Source: Candidatus Omnitrophota bacterium (lineage in GTDB: Bacteria > Omnitrophota > Gorgyraeia > Gygaellales > Profunditerraquicolaceae). From it: DNA of 64,000 bases. Below are positions 51,304 to 59,736 of the stretch, piece after piece (within the stretch, counting starts at the first letter, position 1; the number at the start of each line of letters is the position of its first letter). The DNA lies in NCBI GenBank assembly GCA_029561735.1, contig JAKQWZ010000064.1, forward strand, positions 3,583 to 67,582, in the 5' to 3' direction. The position numbers were made by a program, and so were the translations under genes. The notes under the pieces are model-generated. The model made no database searches, had not been told where the DNA came from, and worked only from the letters and a program-made list of their open reading frames with translations.

Positions 51304-52050
51304 TTAGTGAGGAAAGATCTTGCCGAACAGGAAGATAAAAGTTATGCCCAGCAGAAATGCGATGAACGAAAATACCCCTTGCCTGCTGTTGCCTTGCTTG
51401 CGCATTTCCGGAATAAGGTCGCAGGCAGCTATATAGACAAAACCTCCGGCAACAATAGGCAGAAGAAACATAGAAAATCCTTTTACATTCTGCGACAAAG
51501 GATACCCTATAGCAGCGCCTAAAACACAGGTAAGCGCGGTGAGAAAATTGCACAACAGCGCCTTTGTCCGGCTGAAACCGCCGTATACCAATACTCCGAA
51601 ATCACCTATCTCCTGTGGTATTTCATGCAGGGATACAATAATAGTTGTTACGATGCCGAAATGAATACTGACCAGGAAGCTTGCTCCGATGACCAGCCCA
51701 TCGGCAAAATTATGCACTGCATCTCCGATAAGATTAAGGTAGGTAAACGGATGGATTTCGCATTGCCCGCCCTTATGGCAATGGCGCCAATGAAGGTACT
51801 TTTCCAGAATAAAAAACAGAATAAACCCCAGTATTAGATACAAGAAGACGCTGTGCGGGCCATACTCCTCTACTGCCTCAGGCATGATATGCAAGAATGC
51901 CCCGCCCATCAACCCCCCGGCTGAGAAACCGATCAGGGAAATAAGCAGTTTTTCCAGCAGCTTATCTTTAAGAAGTATGCTGAATATCCCGATCAACGAG
52001 ATACAGCTGATGAATACGCTTGCTGCGATAGCCCAGATATAATTTGACAT
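51304..52050 (-). CDS. ZIP-family divalent metal transporter (ZupT-like)
   Basis: ATG at 52050. HNFADGL and HEIPQEIGDF motifs with about 8 TM helices. Confidence 0.85.
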   Translation of the reverse strand: MSNYIWAIAASVFISCISLIGIFSILLKDKLLEKLLISLIGFSAGGLMGGAFLHIMPEAVEEYGPHSVFLYLILGFILFFILEKYLHWRHCHKGGQCEIHPFTYLNLIGDAVHNFADGLVIGASFLVSIHFGIVTTIIVSLHEIPQEIGDFGVLVYGGFSRTKALLCNFLTALTCVLGAAIGYPLSQNVKGFSMFLLPIVAGGFVYIAACDLIPEMRKQGNSRQGVFSFIAFLLGITFIFLFGKIFPH

Positions 52051-52132
52051 AGGATATGGCGTTATACGGCTGTATTTTATATTATCACAACGCCGGGACC
52101 GGAACAAGATTTTTTAAACCGGCACGGAAGGC

Positions 52133-52942
52133 TCAATGATGGTGATCAATATGCTCGTGTTCGTGGGTATGGACAGCATCGCGATGCGCATGGCTGTGCA
52201 CATGCACAAGATTATTCTCTTCCAGAAATACCCTGTCTTTTAGAAGCTCTCTGGATGAGCCAGAGCGCGTTATTTTCCTGTTGCTGCCCAGGCAATATAT
52301 CTTATCTGCGATCTCTTCAATAATATGCAAGTCGTGGGTTGCAGTAATAATAGTTGAGCCTTTTTTGTTTGCCTGTAATATTATATCAATTATCTGGCGG
52401 GTCGTCTTAGGGTCCAGCCCTGCTGTCGGCTCATCCAAAATCATGACTTCGCTTGATATAGCCAAGGTCGTGGCAATGGCAACCTTGCGTTTTTCGCCTA
52501 CGCTTAACTGATGCGGCGAACGCTCTATCAAATGCCCGATATTTAACTGCTCGCAAATATCATTAAGGCGTTTACCGGCTTCTTGGCGGCTAAGCCCCAG
52601 CTGTAAGGGCCCGAAAACTATATCCTCTTTTACCGTAGGGCAGAATAATTGCACATCAGGATTCTGGAAAACAAAACCGACCCTGCTTCTAAATGAACGC
52701 GCTGAAACATGGTCGTTAAAAAATTCCTCATTAAGCCGGGTGCCAAAGGCCTTAATAATCCCCTTATCCGGAAATATTAACCCGTCTAATAATTGCAGCA
52801 AAGTTGTCTTTCCGGTGCCGTTAGCTCCGACCAGGGCTATTTTTTCTCCCTGTTCAATTCTTAAATCTATTCCGCAAAGGGCCGGGAATTTTGAGAGGTA
52901 TGAATACCATATATCTTGCAGCTCAAAAATAGTATTTTTCAT
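52133..52942 (-). CDS. ECF-type Ni/Co transporter ATPase (NikO/CbiO) with a His-rich C-terminal tail
   Basis: ATG at 52942 overlaps the CbiQ stop (ATGA). GANGTGKTT, LSVGEKRKVAIA and ILDEPTAGLD are present. The tail is HVHSHAHRDAVHTHEHEHIDHHH. Confidence 0.85.
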   Translation of the reverse strand: MKNTIFELQDIWYSYLSKFPALCGIDLRIEQGEKIALVGANGTGKTTLLQLLDGLIFPDKGIIKAFGTRLNEEFFNDHVSARSFRSRVGFVFQNPDVQLFCPTVKEDIVFGPLQLGLSRQEAGKRLNDICEQLNIGHLIERSPHQLSVGEKRKVAIATTLAISSEVMILDEPTAGLDPKTTRQIIDIILQANKKGSTIITATHDLHIIEEIADKIYCLGSNRKITRSGSSRELLKDRVFLEENNLVHVHSHAHRDAVHTHEHEHIDHHH

Positions 52943-53781
52943 ATCCCAGTATCTCCCAAATACAAAACCAAAGTAATTAAAATTAAAACCGCAAGCAGGC
53001 TTAGCCAATCTAAAACAGAGGCCTTAAATTCATGCAAGGCCTTTGGTTCCCCGGTATATCCCCTTGAAAGCATGGCAGTATAAACAGCATGGTTTAAATA
53101 ATACGACCTCTGCCAAAGAGAGCCGATGTTCCAGGCAACTATATACCTGCCCTTTTTATGGGGCAGCAAGATCCCCACCCTGCTTTTAATTGCCAGGTAA
53201 GTATTTTCAATTATCTCTACAAATAAATAAATATACCTGTAGCACATGCCGGTTGTCATAACAAAGAGCTGGGGCACTTTAAAAATACGCAGGGCCTGCA
53301 GAAGCTCGGTATTTCTCGTAGTCAGAGTAAGCAGGATAACAAACGAAACGCTGGTAAGTACCCGGATTAAAAATATGCCTGCTGACATCAGGCCCTGCCG
53401 AGTAATGCTCAGGCGAAAACCTGCTGCGCCAAAACCGAATATTTCCTCTCCGGGAGTAATTATGCTGAATATTGCCGGCAAAGCAATAAAAAGCGAAAAT
53501 AAAGGTATAAATACCCATGTCCTCTTCAGGAAAAATAAGATATTTATCTTGGAGGACACGCTTAATAACAGGCAAAACAGGTAAAGCGAAAAAATAGCAT
53601 AAATATCCTTGGACAGCATTACGCATAATACCATAAGGAAAATAATCAACACCTTTATCCTGGCATCCAAATACTGTAAATAGCCACTCCGGGAAGCGCA
53701 CTCCTCGGCATAAATAGATTCTTTAAAAAAAGATAGAGCGCCCATAATTGAGCGCTCTATAAAATGAGATTTTCTAAACAA
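52939..53781 (-). CDS. ECF transporter transmembrane T component (NikQ/CbiQ)
   Basis: 280 aa. The polytopic topology and operon position fit CbiQ. Confidence 0.75.
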   Translation of the reverse strand: MFRKSHFIERSIMGALSFFKESIYAEECASRSGYLQYLDARIKVLIIFLMVLCVMLSKDIYAIFSLYLFCLLLSVSSKINILFFLKRTWVFIPLFSLFIALPAIFSIITPGEEIFGFGAAGFRLSITRQGLMSAGIFLIRVLTSVSFVILLTLTTRNTELLQALRIFKVPQLFVMTTGMCYRYIYLFVEIIENTYLAIKSRVGILLPHKKGRYIVAWNIGSLWQRSYYLNHAVYTAMLSRGYTGEPKALHEFKASVLDWLSLLAVLILITLVLYLGDTGI

Positions 53782-53787
53782 ATTTAT

Positions 53788-54120
53788 TCACCTTTTTTTA
53801 GATAGTATCTTGCCTATAATAAATGCTGCCAACATCACTATCGCAATTCCCGCAACAGCAGATATTATATAGGCAAAACTTAAATGCGGCAAACCCTTTT
53901 CTTCCCAGCCTTTAAAGGCATAATCAGGCATAGGCGCATTCCACAGGCTTGATAACTTCTCTAAACCCCGGGGAATGTATCCTGTTAATTCCTTTATGCC
54001 GTCCGTACCCCATTCTCCCCAGGCATCATTGGCATTGAAATATTCCGGCAACAGCAGCCCAAGAGGAGACAGGACAATCAAAACAGCTATTCCAATCCAT
54101 AATTTCGTCGTGATTTTCAT
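53788..54120 (-). CDS. PDGLE-domain membrane protein (NikN/CbiN-like accessory component)
   Basis: 110 aa with two TM helices flanking a loop containing ...PMPDYAFKGWE.... It sits between the M and Q components. Confidence 0.65.
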   Translation of the reverse strand: MKITTKLWIGIAVLIVLSPLGLLLPEYFNANDAWGEWGTDGIKELTGYIPRGLEKLSSLWNAPMPDYAFKGWEEKGLPHLSFAYIISAVAGIAIVMLAAFIIGKILSKKR

Positions 54121-54122
54121 GT

Positions 54123-54803
54123 TTATCTGCCTCCTTCTTCTAATAATTCCGGGGCCTGTTTTTGCAAATATTTTATGACCAGCGCAGTAACCACAGCCTC
54201 TACCCAGCCAAAAACCAATAAATGTTCACCCAGCATTGCAGGTATTGCCACATTCAAACCATAAGGGCAATACAATGCCTGCCCGTTTGCAGTCTTATGC
54301 AGAAGCGGCTGAATACCGAACATCACAGCAGTGGACAAAGCCGCTATATTTAAAGCTGCATACCCGGCTATGCCGGCAGCAATAACCCTCCTGTTAGAAG
54401 AAACACCAGAACCATAGCTGAAAATCCTGTATAAATAATACCCAACAAAAACTTCCACAAATGCCATATTAAAACAGTTTGCCCCTATAGCGGTAATCCC
54501 ACCGTCTCCGAATAATAATGCCTGGACCACCAAAGCCACAGTAACTGCTATACAGGCTGCCCACGGCCCAAGCAGAATAGCTGCTAAAACAGCGCCTACT
54601 GCGTGTCCGGTGCTTCCTCCGGGGATCGGGACGTTGAGCATCATAATCACAAAACTAAAAGCCGCTGCAATAGCCAAAAGCGGAACCTGTCTGGCTTTCA
54701 AAGTCTTTTTTACAATTTTTGAAGCAATGACCCATATCGGCAGCATAACAGCATAAAATACCCCGCATGTCGTAGGGCCTAAATATCCGTCCGGTATATG
54801 CAT
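54123..54803 (-). CDS. Ni/Co ECF substrate-capture component (NikM/CbiM)
   Basis: 226 aa. The N-terminus MHIPDGYL is the metal-binding terminus typical of CbiM/NikM. Confidence 0.85.
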   Translation of the reverse strand: MHIPDGYLGPTTCGVFYAVMLPIWVIASKIVKKTLKARQVPLLAIAAAFSFVIMMLNVPIPGGSTGHAVGAVLAAILLGPWAACIAVTVALVVQALLFGDGGITAIGANCFNMAFVEVFVGYYLYRIFSYGSGVSSNRRVIAAGIAGYAALNIAALSTAVMFGIQPLLHKTANGQALYCPYGLNVAIPAMLGEHLLVFGWVEAVVTALVIKYLQKQAPELLEEGGR

Positions 54804-54821
54804 TCCTTGCCTCCTTTAAGT

Positions 54822-56204
54822 TTAGAAATCCACCTGAGCTCTCATTCCGCCGGAAAAAATATTGTTGGTATCTTCAACTATATCTTTGCCGAACGGATTC
54901 CAAACATACTGAAAATCCGGGCTTATAGATATATGTTTATTAACATATATCTTGTAGTAAGCCTCAAAATGCCCTTCGGCTCTGGCTTTACGCGCCGGAT
55001 CCAGAGTTTCTCCTGCCTTTCTATAATCTCCCGAAGGAAATACCTGGCCAATTGCAAAAGCAACTATATCTTTATCCCTGCCCCAAGGCTTACCTTCTAA
55101 TTGTAAACCTGCGCTCCATGAATGTTCAAGTGAATAATTCTGGCCATTTGACGCTGGAACAACTGGATCAGGATTATAGACTCTTGAGTTCTGCCATCCA
55201 TAACGCAGAAAAGCTGTAGTTGTTTCATTGGTTTTCTGGTCAAAACTTAAACCAAACCCGCATGAAGACTCTTTGGTTTTTGTATCATCCAACCATTTTG
55301 TATGATAAGCATTATTATTCCAGCCATACAAACGGTAGTTGCCGTCAAGATCGAAAAATCTTGTTTTAAAAGTGATTTGGCCTATATTAAACAAATCGCT
55401 ATTAATCTTTTCCCAGCTTGCCTTAGTATTAAATAAGCCGTAGCCTACTTCAATCCAATCCTTAGGCAGATAAGCCACCCGGATACCCGGGCCATTATCC
55501 GGGAACTCCAAAACAGGGGAATTCCGGAACATCCTGCCTAAAAACTGGGTTGTCTCGTCATTGGCAACTTCGCTTTGGTCAAAATAAGCAGTTGGGTCAA
55601 GTTTACCAAAAGTCAAAGCAACCCTATCCTTAAATAGGCCCTGTTCATACCAGATCTCGGTTAATCTGACATTTTCATAAGCATCGGCATCGCGGTTTAC
55701 ATTACTATATAATGCAAGATTATCTTCAATGCCTGCGCCTTGGCCACCCTCAAGATGCAAAAACGCCCTGCTGTTGAATTCTTTGAATTCTTTAGCTAAA
55801 GTAATATCCGCGGTATATGACCCATCAGTACGGTTCTTTTTAAGCGTTTCACCGTCCGGTGCGTAATTTGTATTAGTTGCGCCCTGCACAATCAATGTCG
55901 CACCTGCGCCAAGCTCAACCCCTTCCATCAACTGCATAGGTTCGCCCGGGACTCGTTTAAGTTTTTCTTCAAATTGGTAAAAATTTGATTCATAATCCGA
56001 GATTACCTGTTGCTGAGCCTTAGCTGTAGAATCCTGCGCAGCAATAAATTCATTCTGCTCCTGCACTTTTTTTTCTAGGGCAGCAATTCGTTCTTTTAAC
56101 TGCCTAATCTCATCCATAATCAATGAATCATCAGCAAAAACTGTCATGGTAAATAAAAACAAAAAGGCCAACAGGCAAACTGCTGTTTTTTTCTTGCTCG
56201 TCAC
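54822..56204 (-). CDS. OprB-family (carbohydrate-selective-type) porin with an N-terminal coiled coil
   Basis: 460 aa. GTG start after AAGGAGGGGG. Signal peptide, heptad segment IRQLKERIAALEKKVQEQ, beta-barrel pattern and C-terminal AQVDF. Confidence 0.7.
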   Translation of the reverse strand: MTSKKKTAVCLLAFLFLFTMTVFADDSLIMDEIRQLKERIAALEKKVQEQNEFIAAQDSTAKAQQQVISDYESNFYQFEEKLKRVPGEPMQLMEGVELGAGATLIVQGATNTNYAPDGETLKKNRTDGSYTADITLAKEFKEFNSRAFLHLEGGQGAGIEDNLALYSNVNRDADAYENVRLTEIWYEQGLFKDRVALTFGKLDPTAYFDQSEVANDETTQFLGRMFRNSPVLEFPDNGPGIRVAYLPKDWIEVGYGLFNTKASWEKINSDLFNIGQITFKTRFFDLDGNYRLYGWNNNAYHTKWLDDTKTKESSCGFGLSFDQKTNETTTAFLRYGWQNSRVYNPDPVVPASNGQNYSLEHSWSAGLQLEGKPWGRDKDIVAFAIGQVFPSGDYRKAGETLDPARKARAEGHFEAYYKIYVNKHISISPDFQYVWNPFGKDIVEDTNNIFSGGMRAQVDF

Positions 56205-56242
56205 ACCCCCTCCTTTTTTATAAAGCTATCTTTTAGTAATAC

Positions 56243-56267
56243 TATTATTAATTTCGTGCTACTAATA
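56243..56267. promoter_or_regulatory. Candidate NikR operator upstream of the porin-Nik operon
   Basis: TATTATT-N11-ACTAATA is nested in a larger inverted repeat CTTTTAGTA-N21-TACTAATAG (56230-56268). Confidence 0.4.
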
Positions 56268-56282
56268 GCCAAAAAAATATAC

Positions 56283-56696
56283 TTAAATATCCCGGCCGGT
56301 AGAAGACATGCTCAATGTAACATGTTTAACACCCTTGGCTGCCTGCAAAGTATCAACCAGCTCCTGCGCCGTCCCGGGCCTGCCGCGCAGCGCAATTATC
56401 TCCAAACAGTTATGATGGTCTAAATGTATATGCTGAGTAGATATTATTATTTTTCCGAAATCATGCTGAATATCCATAAGCTTATTGACTAATTCCCGCC
56501 TGTGGTGGTCATAAATGATTGTAATAGTCCCGGCAATTTCTTTATCTTCCTTCCATTGCTTCTTAATCAGGTCTTCCCTGATCAAATCGCGAATAGCTTC
56601 GGAACGGTTAGTATATTTCTTGCTTCTAAGGTGGGCATCAAAAATAGCCAACAGATCACTCTCTAAAGATACGCCAAACCTTACTAATTTAGCCAT
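56283..56696 (-). CDS. nikR: Nickel-responsive regulator
   Basis: 137 aa. N-terminal ribbon-helix-helix (RFGVSLESDLL...RSEAIRDLIRE) and a C-terminal His/Cys metal site (HHH..LDHHNCLE). Confidence 0.9.
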   Translation of the reverse strand: MAKLVRFGVSLESDLLAIFDAHLRSKKYTNRSEAIRDLIREDLIKKQWKEDKEIAGTITIIYDHHRRELVNKLMDIQHDFGKIIISTQHIHLDHHNCLEIIALRGRPGTAQELVDTLQAAKGVKHVTLSMSSTGRDI

Positions 56697-56705
56697 TTAT
56701 GATCC

Positions 56706-56759
56706 TGTTAGTGAATAATACGATTTTTATAATTGTAGCACTAACAAATTCCCTGTCAA
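56706..56759 (-). promoter_or_regulatory. nikR promoter flanked by an 8 bp perfect inverted repeat
   Basis: Minus strand TTGACA-16 nt-TACAAT. TGTTAGTG-N25-CACTAACA brackets the -10 element and the TSS. Confidence 0.55.
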
Positions 56760-56878
56760 ACCCTTTTCTGGATTAATGCCCCATGCAGGGCTTTTTGCCT
56801 TTATTAGCGCGTTTTGAGCGCCAGTTTAATTTTCCCCTGCGTTTTCTTTTCCCTATACCCATAATAAGTCCCTCCTTA

Positions 56879-57574
56879 TCAGTATTTATAATATTCCGGC
56901 GGCACTATGCCGGATACATACCTGACAGCTTCTATAATACAAATACGTATGGCTTTTTCCATAGGCGTATTCGCGTAACCGCTCAAGTGCTGGCTCAATG
57001 CCCAGCTGCCCAAAAACCCACCCATAATCGCGCCGCTGACATCAGAGGCCTGGCCCTGAACACGGGTAGAAAATAAAACATTGGAAGTAACAGGATTAAC
57101 TACGCGCACATCCAGCGCTACATGCGCTTTATTAGGCGAGCCGCCTAAAAGCGCCCCCATAAATCCGCTGCCCACTCCGCCGCCGCCGCCGACACCTGCG
57201 CTTCCGCCGGATGCGCTTGGCTCAAATTCAACCACTATTACACTAATAACTAACCCTGATACAGCCTTTTCCGGCGCATCTACAACTGCGCTTAATGCCT
57301 GAGGCTCAACGATCTGAAAGCGGTTAGAATTATTAAGCGCAGTAATAAACATTTCTTTCAACCCCATTCCGGATTCGCCTGCGGCATTAGCGGTCTTCAT
57401 TTCAAAATCAGCCACTGCAACCTTAACCTTGGGCCCGGAATAAGCGGATAGGGGCGCTGTTGATGAAGCATCTTCAGATTTAGCTGCCGGTTTTTTGGCG
57501 CTGCCAACCGAAGCGCAACCATAAAGAAAAATAGTGCTTATTACTAATATACAGATTATTCTTACGGATTTCAT
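56879..57574 (-). CDS. CsgG/HfaB-family lipoprotein with a Gly-rich insert
   Basis: 231 aa. Lipobox LYGC|AS, VAVADFEMKT...RFQIVE (CsgG-like) and an internal SGGSAGVGGGGGVGSGFMGALLGG stretch. Confidence 0.6.
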   Translation of the reverse strand: MKSVRIICILVISTIFLYGCASVGSAKKPAAKSEDASSTAPLSAYSGPKVKVAVADFEMKTANAAGESGMGLKEMFITALNNSNRFQIVEPQALSAVVDAPEKAVSGLVISVIVVEFEPSASGGSAGVGGGGGVGSGFMGALLGGSPNKAHVALDVRVVNPVTSNVLFSTRVQGQASDVSGAIMGGFLGSWALSQHLSGYANTPMEKAIRICIIEAVRYVSGIVPPEYYKY

Positions 57575-57687
57575 AGGTAAGCGCAGTTAAATAACTGCCA
57601 ACTTTTTTATACTATATAGAAAACACCGCACTGTCAAGAGAAAAGCCCTTTGCCTAGGGATGCTCCCTTTGAAGGAGGCGCTCTCGC

Positions 57688-58326
57688 TTAAAACAGCCTT
57701 AATAAATCAGTTTGCCTGGCAATGACTTTCCACGGCTTTTCCCTGGCGATCTCCTTTTTAGAGCTGGAGCCGGTAGGCACTATAATAGCCCTGATTTTAG
57801 CCCTCTTTCCCGCCTGGGCATCAATAGCCATATCCCCAATATAAACCGTCCGGCCCGGGGTAACTTTAAAATGCCTTATTATTCTGCGCAGTATCTGGGG
57901 ATGAGGCTTTTTATATTTTAGCTTATCCGCACAAAGCACATAATCAAAATATTTCAACAGGCCAAGGTGTCTTAATATAATCAGGCAATATTTTGTCGGC
58001 CGGTTACTGGCTATAGCAAGTTTGTAATTATTTTTCCTGAGGTATTTTAATACCCTGAGTGTTCCGGGAAGTATCCGGGAATATTTTAGCAGGGCCCTTT
58101 TATGGTGCCGGCGATAGATATTAATTATTTTTCCCAGGTATTTCTTATCTACTTCAGGAAAAAATAATCTGGCCTCTCCCCATCCAACCGAGCGTTTTAT
58201 AGCCAGAAATTTCTTGGCCGGATACCCTAAAGATAACAAAGAAAAGTTCACGCTTGATGCGATTGCCTTATAGGCGTCAACTAAAGTGCCATCCAGATCA
58301 AAAATTATTAATTTTGGTTTTTTCAT
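57688..58326 (-). CDS. HAD-superfamily hydrolase (phosphoglycolate phosphatase-like)
   Basis: 212 aa. FDLDGTLVD, SNRP and GDMAIDAQAG motifs. Confidence 0.8.
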   Translation of the reverse strand: MKKPKLIIFDLDGTLVDAYKAIASSVNFSLLSLGYPAKKFLAIKRSVGWGEARLFFPEVDKKYLGKIINIYRRHHKRALLKYSRILPGTLRVLKYLRKNNYKLAIASNRPTKYCLIILRHLGLLKYFDYVLCADKLKYKKPHPQILRRIIRHFKVTPGRTVYIGDMAIDAQAGKRAKIRAIIVPTGSSSKKEIAREKPWKVIARQTDLLRLF

Positions 58327-58332
58327 AAAGCA

Positions 58333-58363
58333 ATAAAGGCAGGGACGTAAACCCTGCCTTTAT
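58333..58363 (-). terminator. Candidate intrinsic terminator
   Basis: ATAAAGGCAGGG-N7-CCCTGCCTTTAT, a 12 bp stem downstream of the 58390 gene. The U-rich region lies partly inside the stem. Confidence 0.5.
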
Positions 58364-58389
58364 AATGGCGCAAAGATATGCGCGCCGGA

Positions 58390-58836
58390 TTAGTTAATAC
58401 TGTCAACAGGATTAAAAACATCCTGCTGTAAAACAACCGGCTGATCCTGGCCCGGAGAAGGGTTTTCCGAAAAAGACGAGACTTCTTCAATCTTCTCTAA
58501 ATTTACACTTTTGGCGATATTCTGCCCTGAGGCTGCAGCAATATAAGTAAAACTTATGGAATTCTCCGGCTTAATCTCATCTATAGATCCTGCATTTTCA
58601 AATTTGGTTTTCTCGTCTACGGACAAAACCATAGTCATTGCCTTATCGCTTTCAGGGTCTATATACCTGACTGTTATCAGCCTGTCTCCGGGCTTAACCG
58701 AGACAACCTCGCCCCATTGCCATTGTATCCCCGGCTCTTCGGATATCAAAGTTGTCCGGGCGTCATCAGCAGACCATAAAGGTGCTGTTGGAAAAACAGC
58801 TGCTATTAAAGCAAAAATAAATAATACTTTTTTCAT
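58390..58836 (-). CDS. Secreted protein of unknown function
   Basis: 148 aa with an N-terminal signal peptide (MKKVLFIFALIAAVFPTAPLWSA). No recognisable motif. Confidence 0.5.
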   Translation of the reverse strand: MKKVLFIFALIAAVFPTAPLWSADDARTTLISEEPGIQWQWGEVVSVKPGDRLITVRYIDPESDKAMTMVLSVDEKTKFENAGSIDEIKPENSISFTYIAAASGQNIAKSVNLEKIEEVSSFSENPSPGQDQPVVLQQDVFNPVDSIN

Positions 58837-58868
58837 TTTGCTCCCCCCTGGATAAAACAGCTGTATAA

Positions 58869-59438
58869 TTATTGAAAGATCTGCTTAAATCTGGCCCTGA
58901 ATCTCAAAAAGACCGCAGTAACCATAGCTACTTTGAATATATCCGCGGCTAAGAACGGAACAAAACCCATAAGTAAAGCCTTCTGGATATTTATTCCCAG
59001 CATAAATTTAAGCCATAAAGCCCCGCAGGCTAAAAGCAGAAAATCTGCGGCTAAGAATAAAAGAAACGTAAAAACCGGCTTGTCTGATATCCTCTTAATA
59101 AAGGCGGATACAAAAATGCTGGCCAATACAAACCCAAAGAGATACCCCGATGTCGGCCCTAAAAGATACAACGGCCCGTTTGTAGAACCGGTAAATACAG
59201 ACATCCCGGATAGCCCTAATCCTATATAGATAACCTGAGTAAGCGCGCCGAGATTACCGCCCAACGCTGCCGCTGCCAATAAGACAAAAAATGTCTGTAA
59301 GGTCAGCGGCACCGGGGTAAAAGGCAAAGGAATGCGCACAAACGCACCCAATGCAGTCAACACCACAAAAACTAAAACACCAATAGCCCTGCATTGGTTC
59401 TTACTGATAGCTAATTCTTTATTTAAAATTGTCTCCAT
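58869..59438 (-). CDS. bioY: Biotin transporter BioY
   Basis: 189 aa, 6 TM helices. RIPLPFTPVPLTLQTFFVLLA is typical of BioY. Confidence 0.85.
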   Translation of the reverse strand: METILNKELAISKNQCRAIGVLVFVVLTALGAFVRIPLPFTPVPLTLQTFFVLLAAAALGGNLGALTQVIYIGLGLSGMSVFTGSTNGPLYLLGPTSGYLFGFVLASIFVSAFIKRISDKPVFTFLLFLAADFLLLACGALWLKFMLGINIQKALLMGFVPFLAADIFKVAMVTAVFLRFRARFKQIFQ

Positions 59439-59460
59439 AGCCTCTGCCTTAAAATGTTTA

Positions 59461-59679
59461 TCAATCTTTAGCTATTGCCAGCGTTATTACGCCGACCATA
59501 ATCAAAAATAACCCGATACACCCTTTACCTACTATCAACAAAGCAGGAAACCACCTGATCAAAGCCAAAATGCCTAAAACCAAAAAACCTAAACCCAAAA
59601 TCACTTTGATCAATGTGCCGATCATTTTTGACCCGGAGCCGCAACCGCAACCGCATTCTTTTTTAACCTCTTCTGCCAT
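59461..59679 (-). CDS. Small two-TM membrane protein with an N-terminal Cys-Gly repeat
   Basis: ATG at 59679 is preceded by AAGGAGGT at 7 nt spacing. The product begins MAEEVKKECGCGCGSGSK, followed by two hydrophobic helices (72 aa total). Confidence 0.55.
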   Translation of the reverse strand: MAEEVKKECGCGCGSGSKMIGTLIKVILGLGFLVLGILALIRWFPALLIVGKGCIGLFLIMVGVITLAIAKD

Positions 59680-59736
59680 GGTATTTACCTCCTTGCACAA
59701 CGTGTGCTTACCGGCCGATTCCTTACAGGCCGGGCG

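Noticed and set aside
57140-57215. GC-rich GCC/GCG-repeat stretch as a simple-sequence repeat or assembly artefact
   Set aside because: It is in frame inside the CsgG-like gene and encodes the Gly-rich insert. No frame disruption is present.
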